The position numbers and the translations under genes were made by a program. Below, one piece after another: positions 26,001 to 38,833 of a DNA stretch of 64,000 nt. The notes below the pieces were generated by a model. It was not told the origin of the DNA. It made no database searches and worked only from the letters and a program-made list of their open reading frames with translations. How positions within the stretch are numbered: position 1 is the stretch's first letter; the number at the start of each line of letters is the position of its first letter. The stretch is from Raillietiella orientalis (taxonomy: Eukaryota), in assembly GCA_036172245.1 (NCBI GenBank), contig JAYWIR010000029.1, positions 2,542,001 through 2,606,000 of the forward strand, read 5' to 3'.

Positions 26001-26849
26001 TGAAGTCAGCTGTTTTCTCCAGCCTGCTGGGTGCTTTATTGCCGAGGTCCACCTCTGCTGCGTTTGCAGAAAAAGGTTCTGACAGCCAGGCTTCCGAGTC
26101 CCAGGATCACTTTCAGTTTATCAACGTTTCCCTCCGTAGAAACCAGGAATCTCCGTGGGAAGCGCGTGACGCCTCCTTTATACATGCTGCAGATTAAACT
26201 GAGCAACTTCCCCCGGGAGTTCTGGGAAGCTCATAATCCCCTGCACCTATGCCTACACTCCCGACTGCGCTGCTCGCATCGGCATCTCTTCGCCGCAGCA
26301 TTGTGTCCCTCTTGCTCAGGGAAGAAGGGCGTCGCATGCTCTAGTGAACTTGAATAGTGCTGACTTCAGTGAGGTCTTAGACGTTTCACTTTCTCTGCTC
26401 TGCGCATCCGAAAATTTCGTACTTGTGGTACGAACGAATCTTTTCTTCCTGGATCGGCTTTCCACCATCATTTCACAAAAGCGCGAGGCGGAAGGTGCTT
26501 CCGTACCGCATCTGGTGAGCTACGCTGAGTTCAGTAGGGGAAAACCTCCAAGGTTGTTGAGGATACTACACTTTGATCTTAACCAAAAGGATGGATCGAA
26601 TGAAAAAAATCTCCTTCCTCACAGCTGTGCCACGTACAGTGCAAGACATGTGAGGCACAGTAGTCTGAGCAATAGAAAGAGAAAGCAATGAGGAAAGAAC
26701 CTCTGTGAATCTTGACACTCGGCTGCAGCTTCCATGCTCGCAGCGTCGTGAGGAAACACTTACCTTCAAGTGAGGTTCAGAGGCAGAAGAGAGGTATCTG
26801 GTTTTAAGCACGGTCGAAAGTGATTCCCTCTCAATCACAGTGCTTAGTT

Positions 26850-27560
26850 TCACTCCAGGCCGAAACTTGGATGCGATGCTCTCGGAGCAGAGCTTCTTCC
26901 CACCTCGTGCCCAGGAAGAGGATCTTCCTTTCTGGAGTTCCAGCTGCCGCTCGGACTAGTGGAATGCGCCGTTCGCTTGGAACACGCGCGCGCTCATAAC
27001 ATCCATGCAGTCACTCCTCTTCCTCCCTCGTGTTGACTTGATGCCACTCTATCCAGTTTCGCTGAGAAGAACAGTCAATTCCCCGAGAGATTCTACAACT
27101 CTGTGGAGGTGGATGCGCGTAGAGTTCTGCCAGGACACCCACCGAACGAACTCCATCGCGTGAGTTTTCACTGGACTTCTTTCAGAGGTCAGCGGGGCAC
27201 TCTCTAAGAGCGCGGAAACAAGGGTGGCGCTGCATGCCACTTCTCCCAGGGAGCGAGTCCGCGTGACCTTCAGGGCCAACAGACAGGAAGTGAGGACGGA
27301 ATCGTCGTAACACAGGAAGGTTGCGAATTCTCTGATGGAAGAGCGTCGCTGGAAGGAAAGGAAGCGGGAAGAGATTCGAAGCAGGAATAGGTCGAGATAA
27401 CGAGGCAGGTGGACCCGATTCGAAAATTCTGGACCGAATTCGTGTATACGGCAGAGAGGGAGATGACGGGATTGGAGAGAGAAGATGGGAACGACATCAG
27501 TTCGCCGTCCTCCAGGGCCACAGGAGCGGCTCAAAAGGGGTGGGATGGGATGTGTGAACC
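26850..27560 (-). mobile_element. Decayed Ty3/Gypsy reverse transcriptase fragment
   Basis: Minus strand gives LPRYLDLF (cf. PLPRIDDL) and, with a 1-nt shift, KILFLGHEVG (cf. FLGH.V), in the expected order. Disrupted by stops and frameshifts. Confidence 0.45.
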
Positions 27561-30500
27561 GACAGGGGTGACTCTCTTGCGGGTATTTCGGCTCCAAGGA
27601 TCACCAAACTACGAAGCCGCATTCTTTGAGCCTTCATATCTCAGAAACGTGAGCCTCTCTCAAATCTTAAGGACATCAGTTACTCCAGTGGTTTCTGGAG
27701 GTTTCAAGGAGATGCCAAGTGTCCAACTTTCAGGGATGCCTCCATTAGCGAGGACCAGTTTCTTTAACAAGCTGATCACCTAAAAAAGGAGCAAAGGGGA
27801 GGGACTGAGGCACACAGGACTGATTGCGCTTCCCGCGACGGTGGCGCAAGAACCTCGACTGGAGCGCGAATGCGATGGTCTGGGTGCTATTAGTTGATTG
27901 GATTCTAAAAATAGATCAGAATTTTGGAAGCGAGAGATCCTTTTCAGCTAATCGCGAAGGGGAATGCTCGTTCCCGGTGTTTGAGACTGCCTGCCAGGAG
28001 CCTCCGAAAAGCAGACGTGTGGAAGAACTCCTCTGCCCGAACGAGGGGATGTCTTACGTCATGAAAGTCTTCCCTTGATGTGAAGCACGAGTCCCGGGAA
28101 CGACAGGATCGATTTGGGAAATTTCAGGACAAGGTTTTCGCGTCGGATGGAAGATCAACCAGCTCCACCGAGCTCTCAGCATCTCGGACTGTCCCACCTA
28201 CGAATTTCTTGGTCCTGATGCAGAAACAGAGAAAAGCTTCTCCCTCCTTTTTAATGTGTTCCGGAAGTACATACGAAATGGCACATCACCGACCCCCTCT
28301 TCACGTGCTCTTTAAGCATGCCCGAACGGAAGAAAAATTCGGGTCCTTAAAAGTTTCGCTATTGAGAACTGAAATTCGTTTGGTAAGGACGAAGAACTCC
28401 GCGAAGGCGAGACGAGTCGGATGGGCAGCTGCTCCATTCTTGGACTGTGACTCAGTTCTTGCCTGAAGTGCTCGTTCTGCGAACATTTCTTCCTGGATGC
28501 TTCGAGAGGGATGCTGTCTTTCGAGAAAATATCTTCAGGCAGCAGCAATCGGTCCCTGTTGCTTTCTCCGGTTGTCAGAACGAGCTTCATAGTGTTCATC
28601 TTGGCGACAAGCGCTCTCCCGCTCCCCGAGAGTTGTTCTCCTGCACTCTTCACAGCTTAGAAGTCGTCAGTGAAGCCAGCAAGCAGAGGAGCTTTTCCTG
28701 CGACGAGTTTTTTCTTTCTTTCTTTTTTTTTGCGTGCTTCTTAGCGTGACCGCAGGCATGCTAAAAGGAAGGCTTCACGGGAATACAGAAAATCAACCGG
28801 AAGGAGTCACCGATCCCTCCCTGCTTATCCTCGATCTTGTCCATCTTTCGCGAAGGGTGCCACGCGGGATTTTTTTTTTTTTTGTTACATGCCAAGGGCG
28901 CTTCTGTGTGCAGCACGCGATTCACGGTTCTCATCCCACGGGGACATGTATGTCCCGACTTGGGCTTCCAGATGTCGCCTTGCATAGAGCGAGTATTTAT
29001 CTTGTGCAGCCGCGTTTCACCCCTTCCCTCCTCCTCCTCCTCGTTTCAAAGAGATTGGAATTCATTTCGATTTTCTGAGTGTTTTATGTCTTCCTCTGAG
29101 AATGGACCCACACAACCGTATAAAAAAGGATGCGTGATGCATCCCGAAATCTGTAAGCTCTGTGATTTCGCATCTTCCACAAGCCATTTTCCCTCGCGGT
29201 AATTGAACCTTTCCTGTTTTTGCACTTTGGGGCTTCCCAGCTTAGACCTTCGACTGCGACCATGAGAAATGTGGCGACTCAGCAGTGGAGTATAGACGAG
29301 GCGCCGCTGGTTCCATCATCTCGCAAGCAACCGCAGGAAGGCATTCGAATACTTGATCTTGGCTGCCGTCATTCAACGGCCAGAACCAGGCAACCGGATT
29401 CCAGGTTCTTCCTCCTGTGCATCTCGACCCTGCTTCCAGTGTTTTAGATCCTTGGCGCTGCCATGGCACCGCTTGCGGAAATCGAGCTCTTTCCGAAAGA
29501 CGGAAAAGGAAAACGAAAACATGAGAGTAGCCCGAAGAAGTAAAAGTTCCCTTTCGGTACATCGGAATTTCAAGTGGGCTGGAGGGGGAAAAAGATGCTC
29601 GAATGTTCTCGCGGTTTTCTGTGCGTCAGTGAAATCGCATTCTCCGTCTCTTGCGCATCATTTCGGCTCATCACTCGTCCAGGCTGTGCCTTTGAGTTGC
29701 GGCGAAAATCCCTTCTCACGGATCCTTCCTGCCGATTCATTTTTAATTCGTTATTTGTCTGCCGCAAGAAAATGACGGCTTTCGAAACTGGGAACGTTTT
29801 TCGTCATTGTACATGGCTGCTGCTGTTCACCGGACGATGCGCCGGCCGCCGCCTGGCCCAAGCTGCAGAATTTTCCTGCCCATCCATGTGCAGCGAAATT
29901 GATTTCCATGCGATTGAGTGGGCTTTCCCTTTATCGCGACAGCATTAAAAGGTTTTGAAACACCATCTCGCTTTCAGCCAAACCTCCAGCTAAGGTTTAC
30001 TCCTCCGCCGTGTATCGGAAAAGGCTTCCGCGTCGAGTGGGTGTTGCCTACTTTGGAAAACCCGAATTCAAAGCCCGGTCGATCACGATCCATGATTGAG
30101 TGACTGGACGTGGACGACGGTCCCTGCTTCGGTTTGTTTATGTTGTTTCCCCAAGAGACTTTTAAAAGGCAGCAGGAACTAACCGATTTTTTTTTTTTTT
30201 TTTTCCTTCCGAACTGGCAGTGCAAGACTGCTTGTCATGTGTGGGCCATTTCTAGTGGCCATAAGGTGCCAATTTGTGTTTCTGTTATTGATTGGAATGA
30301 CTTTAAGTTGCACTTTTAAGATGCACTTTTTACGACCACGTAAAACTGTGCTCATCGATGCAGTACAGTACAGTCTCGTACGACGTTTTCGTTGCTTCAA
30401 ACTGGAGTTGGGCTTGGCTTGCGGATCCGCTGCACTGCTTCCTCGAAGCTTACCCTGCATCTCTCAGAAGAAACACATCCCTGGAAAACTCCATCGTTCG

Positions 30501-30949
30501 CAGACGCGAGCTCGAGGGCGAGCAGTAAGCAGAAGGATGTGACGTGACTGCCCGCTTGTGATGACATCTGCCCAGAGAACAGATCTGTACTGTGCAATCA
30601 TGCACGATGCCATGGGATGTGTCCCGTGCTACAAGGCATCAAGATGGGCTTTATCATTGTAACCCACTTTAATTGCCTCGTGCTTTTGGAAGACAAACAA
30701 AGGCATTTGAAGACAAATTGCTTGCCGTTTCTCATCATGAGATGTTCGGACTGCTCTGGGAGGCGTTCCTGTGTTTGCGCTGAACGATTTGCAAAGCACC
30801 GTGAAGTTCACTTCGACGAGGTGGAGCTTCATTTCTCAGGAGGTTCTTTGAACGCAGAGGCCGTTTGGGACGGAACAGAGAAATGCATAGGGAAAAAAAA
30901 ATTCACATCTGTGTGAAAGAAAGAGTAGTTTGGAAATGCCGGAAGGATC

Positions 30950-31950
30950 TCTTGAGCTACGGAGACGGAATCCAGTTCCTTCTGCCTAGAGCTTTGTTGG
31001 TCGATGCTCTCAGCGAAAAGGGTAAAAGCAACCGGATTGATCGACAAGCTGTCTTTTGCCGAGAAACTGGATGTAATTCGTGCCCACAGTTCGGGTGCCA
31101 TAAAGTTGATTCAGGTTTGGAAAGTCATCTTGAATCTTCGGAATTGCTCAATCCTCTTCATTCATTCGGAACTTCGTCTTCGGTTGTGCTTGAGAAGGCT
31201 CTCCGATGCAACAAACCATTTCGTACTCTGAATCATAGCGGGAATTCATGATAGGGCAATCCAAGACAAAGGACTTGCTCCTTTGTGCAACGTCCTCTGA
31301 GTGACTTCTCTTGGGGTGTCGACTTACGTTCTCTTCTCCCGTCGACGTTCCCTTCCCTTGCAGAGAAACAGCTTTCGGAATCAACGAGTGCATCTTTTTC
31401 ATCACGAACACACTGGGCTGCTGCGAGAACTGCATTCCGAACTTCATCCTGTCCTGCATGCGTATGATATGTATGTATTCTTATGCATTCTTGCAGAGAA
31501 GCATTCCATTCGCGTTGAAAGTCCACGGTTTTCCGCCACTTTCTCGATCGGAAGGAAAAGGAAGATCTTTTTCAATTCGCAAAAATCCGAAAGGAAGAAA
31601 ACCGAAAGAAACTTCAGACAATTTTCAGCACAGCGATTCCGAGAAAGCGCAAGGAACCGACAGGACTTTGCGAGCTTCAACGGGAAACTTCACAACGGCA
31701 AGTGTTACGCAATGCAGGTCCATTAGCGCCTGCCTCCCTCGAACCATGGATTGCACGTTCCTTATGTACCGGGCAGATGAATTATTCGGTACGATTGCGG
31801 TATCCTGGGGCGACAGTGCTCACCGGAGATGCTTTCGTTGCTGTTTTTACCGACGAGAGAGCGCGTATTGCAAAATTTCATCCAAGCTTGACAGTGGAAA
31901 GTTCGATTCTGTTGTGAGAGGCACCTGTTGTTGCCCTCTGGTTAAACGCT
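30950..31950 (+). mobile_element. Decayed non-LTR (LINE, RTE/L2-like) reverse transcriptase fragment
   Basis: Colinear degenerate RT motifs spread across frames: KRVKATGLIDKL (cf. KAPG.D.I), LAEKQ (cf. L.EEQ.GF), CIFFITNTL (cf. HIFTL), EKAF.RV (cf. EKAFDRV), LMYRADE (cf. LLYADD). Confidence 0.45.
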
Positions 31951-34422
31951 CTTGATTCTCATCTTGTGACATAGTTGGTCTTCCCCTGTCTGCCTCCCGG
32001 TATCAATTTTTCTATCAGACGCAGATAACTGCTTGTTGGTATTTGGCTGTCGTTTATAGGCAGCCAGTCATATATATATGGTGGTCTTCTTGTGTTCCCG
32101 TGTTCCACAGCTGCCATATTCTTGCAGTTGTTTTCGCGATTTACTAAGTATTATTTATTTATTTTACCCGTTGTTGCTGGAGGTAGTGAAGAGCTTGGAA
32201 TTTTTTTCCCCCTTCAAGTTTTTTGAGAAAGGAGGAAAAAAACACAGGGATGTGTTGTTTGCACGTCGGAAGAAAACAGCTCAGCTGCCCGTGCTTTGAG
32301 AAAGCACTGCTCCAGCAGCGCACCGGTGTTTATCGCGAAAATGCTAGTGATTAATCATTTGTAGGTTTTCGCTGCTTTGGTTTCGTGTTTTCTTCTCCGT
32401 ACTGGGTTTTTATGTCGTGCAGAGCGCGTCGGCTGGATGTGGTGAATTCCGTGGGAGCGAACTTGGTCCCCCCATCGGTCTCCGCTCGTGGCAGTGTCGT
32501 TCGTTGCCTATGAAAATCGCATTTGTACGGTACGCTGTGGCCGGATTGCCACCACTAGCTTGCCAGTGCAAGCGGTAGGAAATGGCAGTGGCGAATGCGA
32601 TTACCGAGTACGCCTGCGCGTGAATGACGTCACGGAACATCGCCATCAGCTTTCCTCCCAGGTCTTTCGTTCGCTTCGCCGTCAATGAGTGTTGCACATC
32701 CACGAATCGTCAGATTGCAATGTCACTTTCCTCTCTGGGATTTGCTTCCGAAGTGAATGAGTTTTAATGAGGTCGGGTCTGCAGCCTGCTCTGTGTTCCT
32801 GTGGCGTTCATCTTTGCTTCGTAAATTAGAATGACCTTTCACGAGAAAGTGCTCTTTCCCTGTGGAAAGTTCAGAGTTTTCCGTTTGTAACTGGAGGATG
32901 GCATTAGGGTGTTCAGGTTACCTGTAGGCGTGTTCACATATTTGCGGATAAGTGCCCGCGGTCATCTCTATACACGCTTGTATACATTTTCACACATTTG
33001 CATGTACACCTGTGTAAGGAAACGTGTGCACACAGTTTCGTGCATTCTTCGATGCTGTTTGCAACACAGAATTGATTCCGTACACGGTTGGCTACTTGGG
33101 CCCGTAGCCATGGCTACGAACTCGACGGTGCATGGCCATGTACCTACGAGAACCCGACCCATTTCCACTAGATTTCACCTTGGATTCCTTGAATGCGTTC
33201 TCCTAGAACACCTCGAGGAGTCTCCAGGGAAACCGCTTTAAGCTATTCCTTTGACCCACGGGGTTGTTGCCAACCTCCACGTTTTGGTTCATCATCGCGT
33301 CGAAGGTGCAGCTCCCTTCCTCGGCGTTTGTGCCACCTCGGCCGCGTCGAGTCCACGCGACGCATCTTGCGCTGTCCCTGCTCCGGCTGCCCCCGAACCC
33401 TGGGGTGAGGTGGGAAACCGCGCTTGTCCTAAGCGAACGGTTGGACCTTCCAGGAAATCCCAGGATGCAGAGAACGGAGAGGATCTCAGACCAGCGACGG
33501 ACCCGCGTTGCTTCCCATCTCCACCGCCACCGAAGCAAGCAGCGCTTGCCCTTCCTCCTCATTCCCGAAGCCCGCCGCCTCTTGCCGCAGGACTCCAGGC
33601 ACAGGCGAGCTCACAGGAAAAAATTCGCCTCCTAGGCTCAGGGAGAGTCCTCGCAGCGCAGTCCACTCGCGTTCTTCCCATCCGTCTCTCCAAACCGCAT
33701 CCTCCGTCGTCAAGGGCGTCGTCGTCGCCTGGGAAACGCGAGAGCCACCTCGACCGCGAGTCCATGTCCGGTTCCCGGATCTTCCCTCCCTTCTCCCTGG
33801 AAAAGCGGGATTTTTCTTGACATTGCGCTGGAGGGTTGACCGCAGAGGGAGGGTGGAGGTCACTTGCGAGCGAGCCCCTTCCTGTATCTGAGTCAGCGAA
33901 GAACGGGTGACCTTGCCAAGAAGAGAGGGAAGACGTCCTCGCGTTTCCTCCACCTCGGCAGCCCCGAAGTCCCTGCCCTTCTTCGGAGCTGCCTTCTCGG
34001 GGTCTCCGTGCGCACGGGACTGCGAACCGTTTCTTCCGGAGCGGGACGAGGGGTGCTCGCCCCGGGCAGTCCTGGCACGCTCCGCCGAGGGTGAGCTCAC
34101 CCTCGTGACTCACGTGGAGCGCGTCCCAATCGCTCCCCGGCACCGGCGCTGCCTGTTTCCGGGTTCCCGTTGGACCACGTCTGGGAGCTGGCTTTCGGCC
34201 ATCGGGAACAGCAGCAGCGCCCCGCCGGAACCAGGATGGAGAGGACCGTACCGGAGCCGCTGACCGAGGGCTCCAGGAAGATTTGAGACGGGCGAGAGCT
34301 CTTCCTTCGGAGAGAAAGCGCCAAGAGCCGAAACTGCTGCCCTCCCGGCGCTTCGGGTGCGACAGATATCTACGGAGGTCGGGGTGGGGTGGGGAAGGCC
34401 TTTTCTTGGTGCCCTCTCTCAG

Positions 34423-34529
34423 CACAGGAAGAGCACTGCCGATCGTGTTCCCCTACTTCTTGGAGCTCTTTTGTGCCTCGGAGGAGTCTCTGTTAGCTCT
34501 TCTGCAGTGGCTGATGCTAACCGAGTCAG
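34423..34529 (+). pseudogene. Duplicated, diverged copy of the SV2 exon at 35731-35882 (pseudo-exon or recruited exon)
   Basis: Clear nucleotide similarity including the acceptor (CTTGGT..CCTCTCTCAG|CA) and donor (TCAG|GTG). Encodes TGRALPIVFPYFLEL-FCASEESLLALLQWLMLTES versus IGGALPAVFPYFLEL[15 aa]FWALGGVFVTSAAWLMLAKS. Confidence 0.85.
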
Positions 34530-34820
34530 GTGTCTTTCCCGTGCTGGTCGAGGACGCTTGGTCGGGACAAAGCGATCCCGAGGCTGGAATCGCTTCGAGG
34601 GCGACAGCGCAGTCGGGGCTACGCGCTCCCAGTCGATTCCCAGCCGTACTTCCCGCCAGCTTTTCCCTCCTGATGCCTCTCGCTCTCCCGAAGCGGAGTG
34701 AGGGACGTAGAAACGCCTCCTCCCCCAATTCTCACCTTCTCCCTACCCCATTGGTAGCGGCGCTGCGGTCGCGGAGAGCAGAAAACCTGTTCCTCTCTGA
34801 GACTTCCTCTTTTCCCCCAG

Positions 34821-37800
34821 GTGAGCTGCACTCGGAGGCCGAGCGGGACGCCCTGGAGCGGGCGGAGCAGGGACACGCGGACGTCATCAACATGGTAAGG
34901 CCGGGTGTGCGGCGCTCTCCGCCGCCGCTTCCCTGTTCGGGGGAGTCATGGAGGGCCCAGGCGGGGGCCGGCAGCTTCCAAAGGGGGCTTCTTCCCGTGC
35001 TGGGTCTTGCCCTGGCTGCCGACGCGGCCGAGGTCTTCGCTACCGTCCACGTGGTGCCTGCGGCCGAAGTCGAGCTCTGCCTGTCCAGGGTCCAGGGAGG
35101 CTGGCTGGGTGAGTCTGGCCGCTCCCGGGTTCACCGGGAAGCCGTCCCAGGACCCGGCGTCACCATGGGAAGGAATCGAAGTGAGGGAGAGGGTGTGCTG
35201 GGGTGTGGACGGGTGCGCCTGCAGGGGCCGGAGGAGCGGAAGTAAGGGAGGAACCCCTGGCCGCATCCCCCAAAAGGGTCCGCGCAAGCGCACCTCGATT
35301 CCCCCGACGGTACGTGGCGTCCCGGAGGGGTGTTCTCCCCGAGGGACGTGCAGCTTCCCGCTCCCTCTCTCGCTCCTTCCCGAAGCCGGAAGGAGGGCGG
35401 TTCGCGCGCGCGAACGTCTCCCCGAGAACGGGAGCTCTCTGGCGGGACTCTCCTCTCTGTTTTGCTCAACCCACCCTCTTTCCAGTTGCCATGTCCTTCC
35501 TCGGGACAGCCTGTGGCTCCTGTGCCTGGGGCGTGGTGTCGGACCGCTCCGGGAGAAGGAGGGCGCTGCTGTGCGCTCTCCTGTTCAACGCCCTCTTCTC
35601 CGTGATCGCCGCCCTCATGCCCAACTTCGGCACCTTCGCTGCAGCCCGGTTCCTGGGAGCAGTCGGGTAACTGTGGGAAAGGGAGGGATGTCGGGGAGGA
35701 GGTCACGCCTTCCTCTTGGTCCTCTCTCAGCATAGGGGGAGCGCTGCCGGCCGTGTTCCCCTACTTCCTGGAGCTGTTGCCGGAGAGGGACCGCGGGAGG
35801 TGCCTCTCGCAACTGGCGTGCTTCTGGGCCCTCGGGGGAGTCTTCGTCACCTCTGCGGCATGGTTGATGCTGGCCAAGTCAGGTGCCCTTCCCCGCCTCC
35901 CGACCCAGAGTCCCGGTTCCCCGTCGCGAGCTCTCAACCGTCTCCGATAGGGCGAAGGTTCCCGCACACTGAGAAGTTGCTGCATTTCAGCGCCTGGAGG
36001 CTGTTCCTCGTGGTCGCCCTGCTGCCCTGCCTGCTCGCGATCCTCGGGCTTACGTTCAAGCCGGAGTCTCCGCGGTTCCTCCTGGAGGCGGGGCGCAAGG
36101 AGGAGGCCACCCAAATCTACCAGGTGAGCGGGAGCGCCGGGAACCGCGCGCCCCCGAGCGGGAGTCTGCTGCCTCCCGGAGGCAGCGCGAGGTCTTTGGT
36201 TCTTTCACGGGGAGCTGCTGTGGAAGGAGATGTCCCCTTCGTATCGGAAACGATGGATGAGGGCGGTTAGAGCGTTCCCTCTGCCCTCGAGGGAGTCTCG
36301 AAAACTCGCCGAGGTACTGCTGTCGCTCCGTCTCCGGTCAACATCTGCGTGGCCGCCGCCGTGCTCCTGCCAGCTGCTGCAGTGCCGTGATGTCTTGATG
36401 GCTAGAGCCGCAGGATGGCACCTCTGCATCTCTCCTCGTCCTCTGGAGAGCTGCGCCCTACGAGATGACGCCACCGGGTTCTCGCTGTTCGCTCGCGGCG
36501 CGCTGCCTCCTGTTTCTCCCTCCGACTGCCTTCGAAAGTTACGCGGCAGAGCAAGTGATCTCCACGAAGCAATCCCGACGCGGAGGACCGCCGTCCGCTC
36601 TCTGAGCCGGAACCAACCGCCGGAAGTCCTTCCGATCTCCGAGACGAGATGCATAACAATCTTTCGGAGCAGAAGCACTCGCCGTGGCCTCCTTTCGATT
36701 GGGATGGCTCGTGGATCGTCTGCTTTCCTCCGCCTCATTACCATCACTGCTTATCATCCGGACTGATGCCGATCCGGTTGCGCAACTGCCGCCTGGTCCG
36801 CTACTGGGAGCTTTCCTTGCCGCTCTTCCTTCTTGCGTGAGTGCTGCATCTTCCGCCATTCGCTACCGCAACGCTCGACTGTCAATCGCTGGCCGTCCTC
36901 CGCCGGCAGCCGAGCCCCTGCTTCGCCCGCCCCTCCCCCACATCACCGAGGCAACCAAAAGGAGGATCCCGTATACATGAAGATGGGTGGTTGTGTGAGA
37001 GTCCACGGATCGCATCCATCTCCTTCCGAAACATCATCCTTTTCAGACTATCCAGGAACAGAACCACAGCGTGAAGTCCACCATCCCATATCAGCTGACA
37101 TCCTGTGATCTGCTATCGCACGTAAACATGCAGGAGGATGCGATTAGCGGTCCCGGAAAGGCTCCCTTCGTCGTCACAAAACCGTTCAAGATGGTCAGAT
37201 GCTCTCGAAAACACCTCGCTGTACTCAAAGTGTCGTTCCCAGTTCGGAAAGGCGCTCTCCCTCTTGTTCCAGGACAAATACCGGTGGAAGACGACTCTCC
37301 TTTCCCTCATATGGTTCTCGACATGCTTCGGGTACGAATTTCATTTACAGGATGAGCCGGAATCTATTCAGCTCCTGTAACCGGATCTACGAGCTGGATC
37401 TGTCGCCCCCCTCCCTTCCCCCCCCCCCCACCCTTCCTATCGAAAGAGTCGTTCCTCGTTCTGTCCTAGCCGTTCTTCTGCCGCCGGTCCGGATTCGTTC
37501 CCCGATCGCTTCCCGGCTTTTCCCGTTCGAGGAAGGGTTTCTTCGTGGGCGCCTGTCCGAAGGGGAAGCGCGATTTCCCTCTTCCCCTGCCCCCTTTCTC
37601 ACTCCTCCTTCTCCCTCAAATGCGTCTCTTGGAGGGTGCGCTCTCCTGGGTTCGGCGCTTCGCGCGGAAAAGAGTGCGGCTGTGCGACGAATTTCTCCCT
37701 CAGAGAGCGAGCGCGCCGTGACGCTTGCAGAACCGACCGACATCCGGAAGATGGTCGTCCCGCTCGGTTGCTTCGTCTCCCGCGAACTGTGCTAAGAATT

Positions 37801-38833
37801 GCATAGCAAAGACGACGACACGATTGTTTTACTAAACTCTTTGGTTATTATTATTATAGTTATTATGGTATATGCTGGTGGCTTCCAGAGCACATTAGGC
37901 TTTTGATGATGGCCCGCTATCATTACGATTCCAACCAGATTCGGAACAGAGCCTTCGACGGCGTCTCTTTCAACGCCTCTCTGGAAAACGTGTACTATTC
38001 GAACTGCACGTTCAGGAACGCTAATTTCAGTGATGTAGTCATGAACTACGTGGTGTTTGACTCTTGCTCCATAGAGCGCTGTCACTTTAGCGATGTAATC
38101 AGCAGTCGCACGTATTTTGTGAACTCTTCCTTGTTCCACTCCTCCTTCGTCGACACAAACATGCTCCCGTCCCGTTTCGTCGACTGTGTCATGGCCAACA
38201 ACACGTTCCGCTCCACTGTGAGCAGCTGCCCTCTGGACTTTGACGTAAACCTGCATTCGGAGGTCATTTTCCTGGGCAGCATCATCAGCCAAGTGGCACT
38301 GGTTCCAGGGATACTGGCTTCCCCTTACCTCACTCAGAAGTTGAACGGGATTCGAGTGATAGGTAAGGGAGCTCGGTCTCCTTGCTCCTCCACCACCAAG
38401 CGTCGCTTCGCTGTGTTTTCTAGCTCTGTTTAGTCTTCTGCCCGGACTGTCTGTGATGGCTCTTGGATTTTTGCAAACCAAGATCGCTTTGATCACGTAC
38501 CAAGCGTTCTTCAACCTGCTTCTGGTTTGCTGTTGGACGGCCATGTGCGTGCTGTCCGTGAGGTCATACGAATGTTCTCTCCGGTAAGGTTTTTCCCTTG
38601 CGCGTGTCCTTGCATGAGGCCAGCGTTCTCTTCCGTCTCCTTCCCTTCTTTATTCCAGATCCACGGCGTTTGGATTGTTCAGCATGTCCAGCAAGGCCGC
38701 CGGCTTCCTCTCCCACATGCTGTTGAAGGCTTACCTGAATGGAGATCCGACTGTGCCAGTGATTGCCTTAATGGGAGTTCTGATAACAGGAAGTTTCCTG
38801 CCCTGGTGCTTGCGGCTCGGCGCGCCGTTCTGA
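34821..38833 (+). CDS. SV2: Synaptic vesicle glycoprotein 2 (SV2)-like MFS transporter; start codon not identified
   Basis: Exons 34821-34894, 34961-35108, 35486-35666, 35731-35882, 35951-36123, 37047-37193, 37243-37331, 37860-38362, 38424-38583 and 38659-38833 join in frame. SV2 signatures: VLGLALAADAAEVF, SDRSGRR (MFS motif A), IGGALPAVFPYF, WRLF, PESPRFLL, FGYYG..WWLP, a Phe-rich pentapeptide-repeat luminal loop, and RSTAFG. Stop TGA at 38831-38833. Confidence 0.9.
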
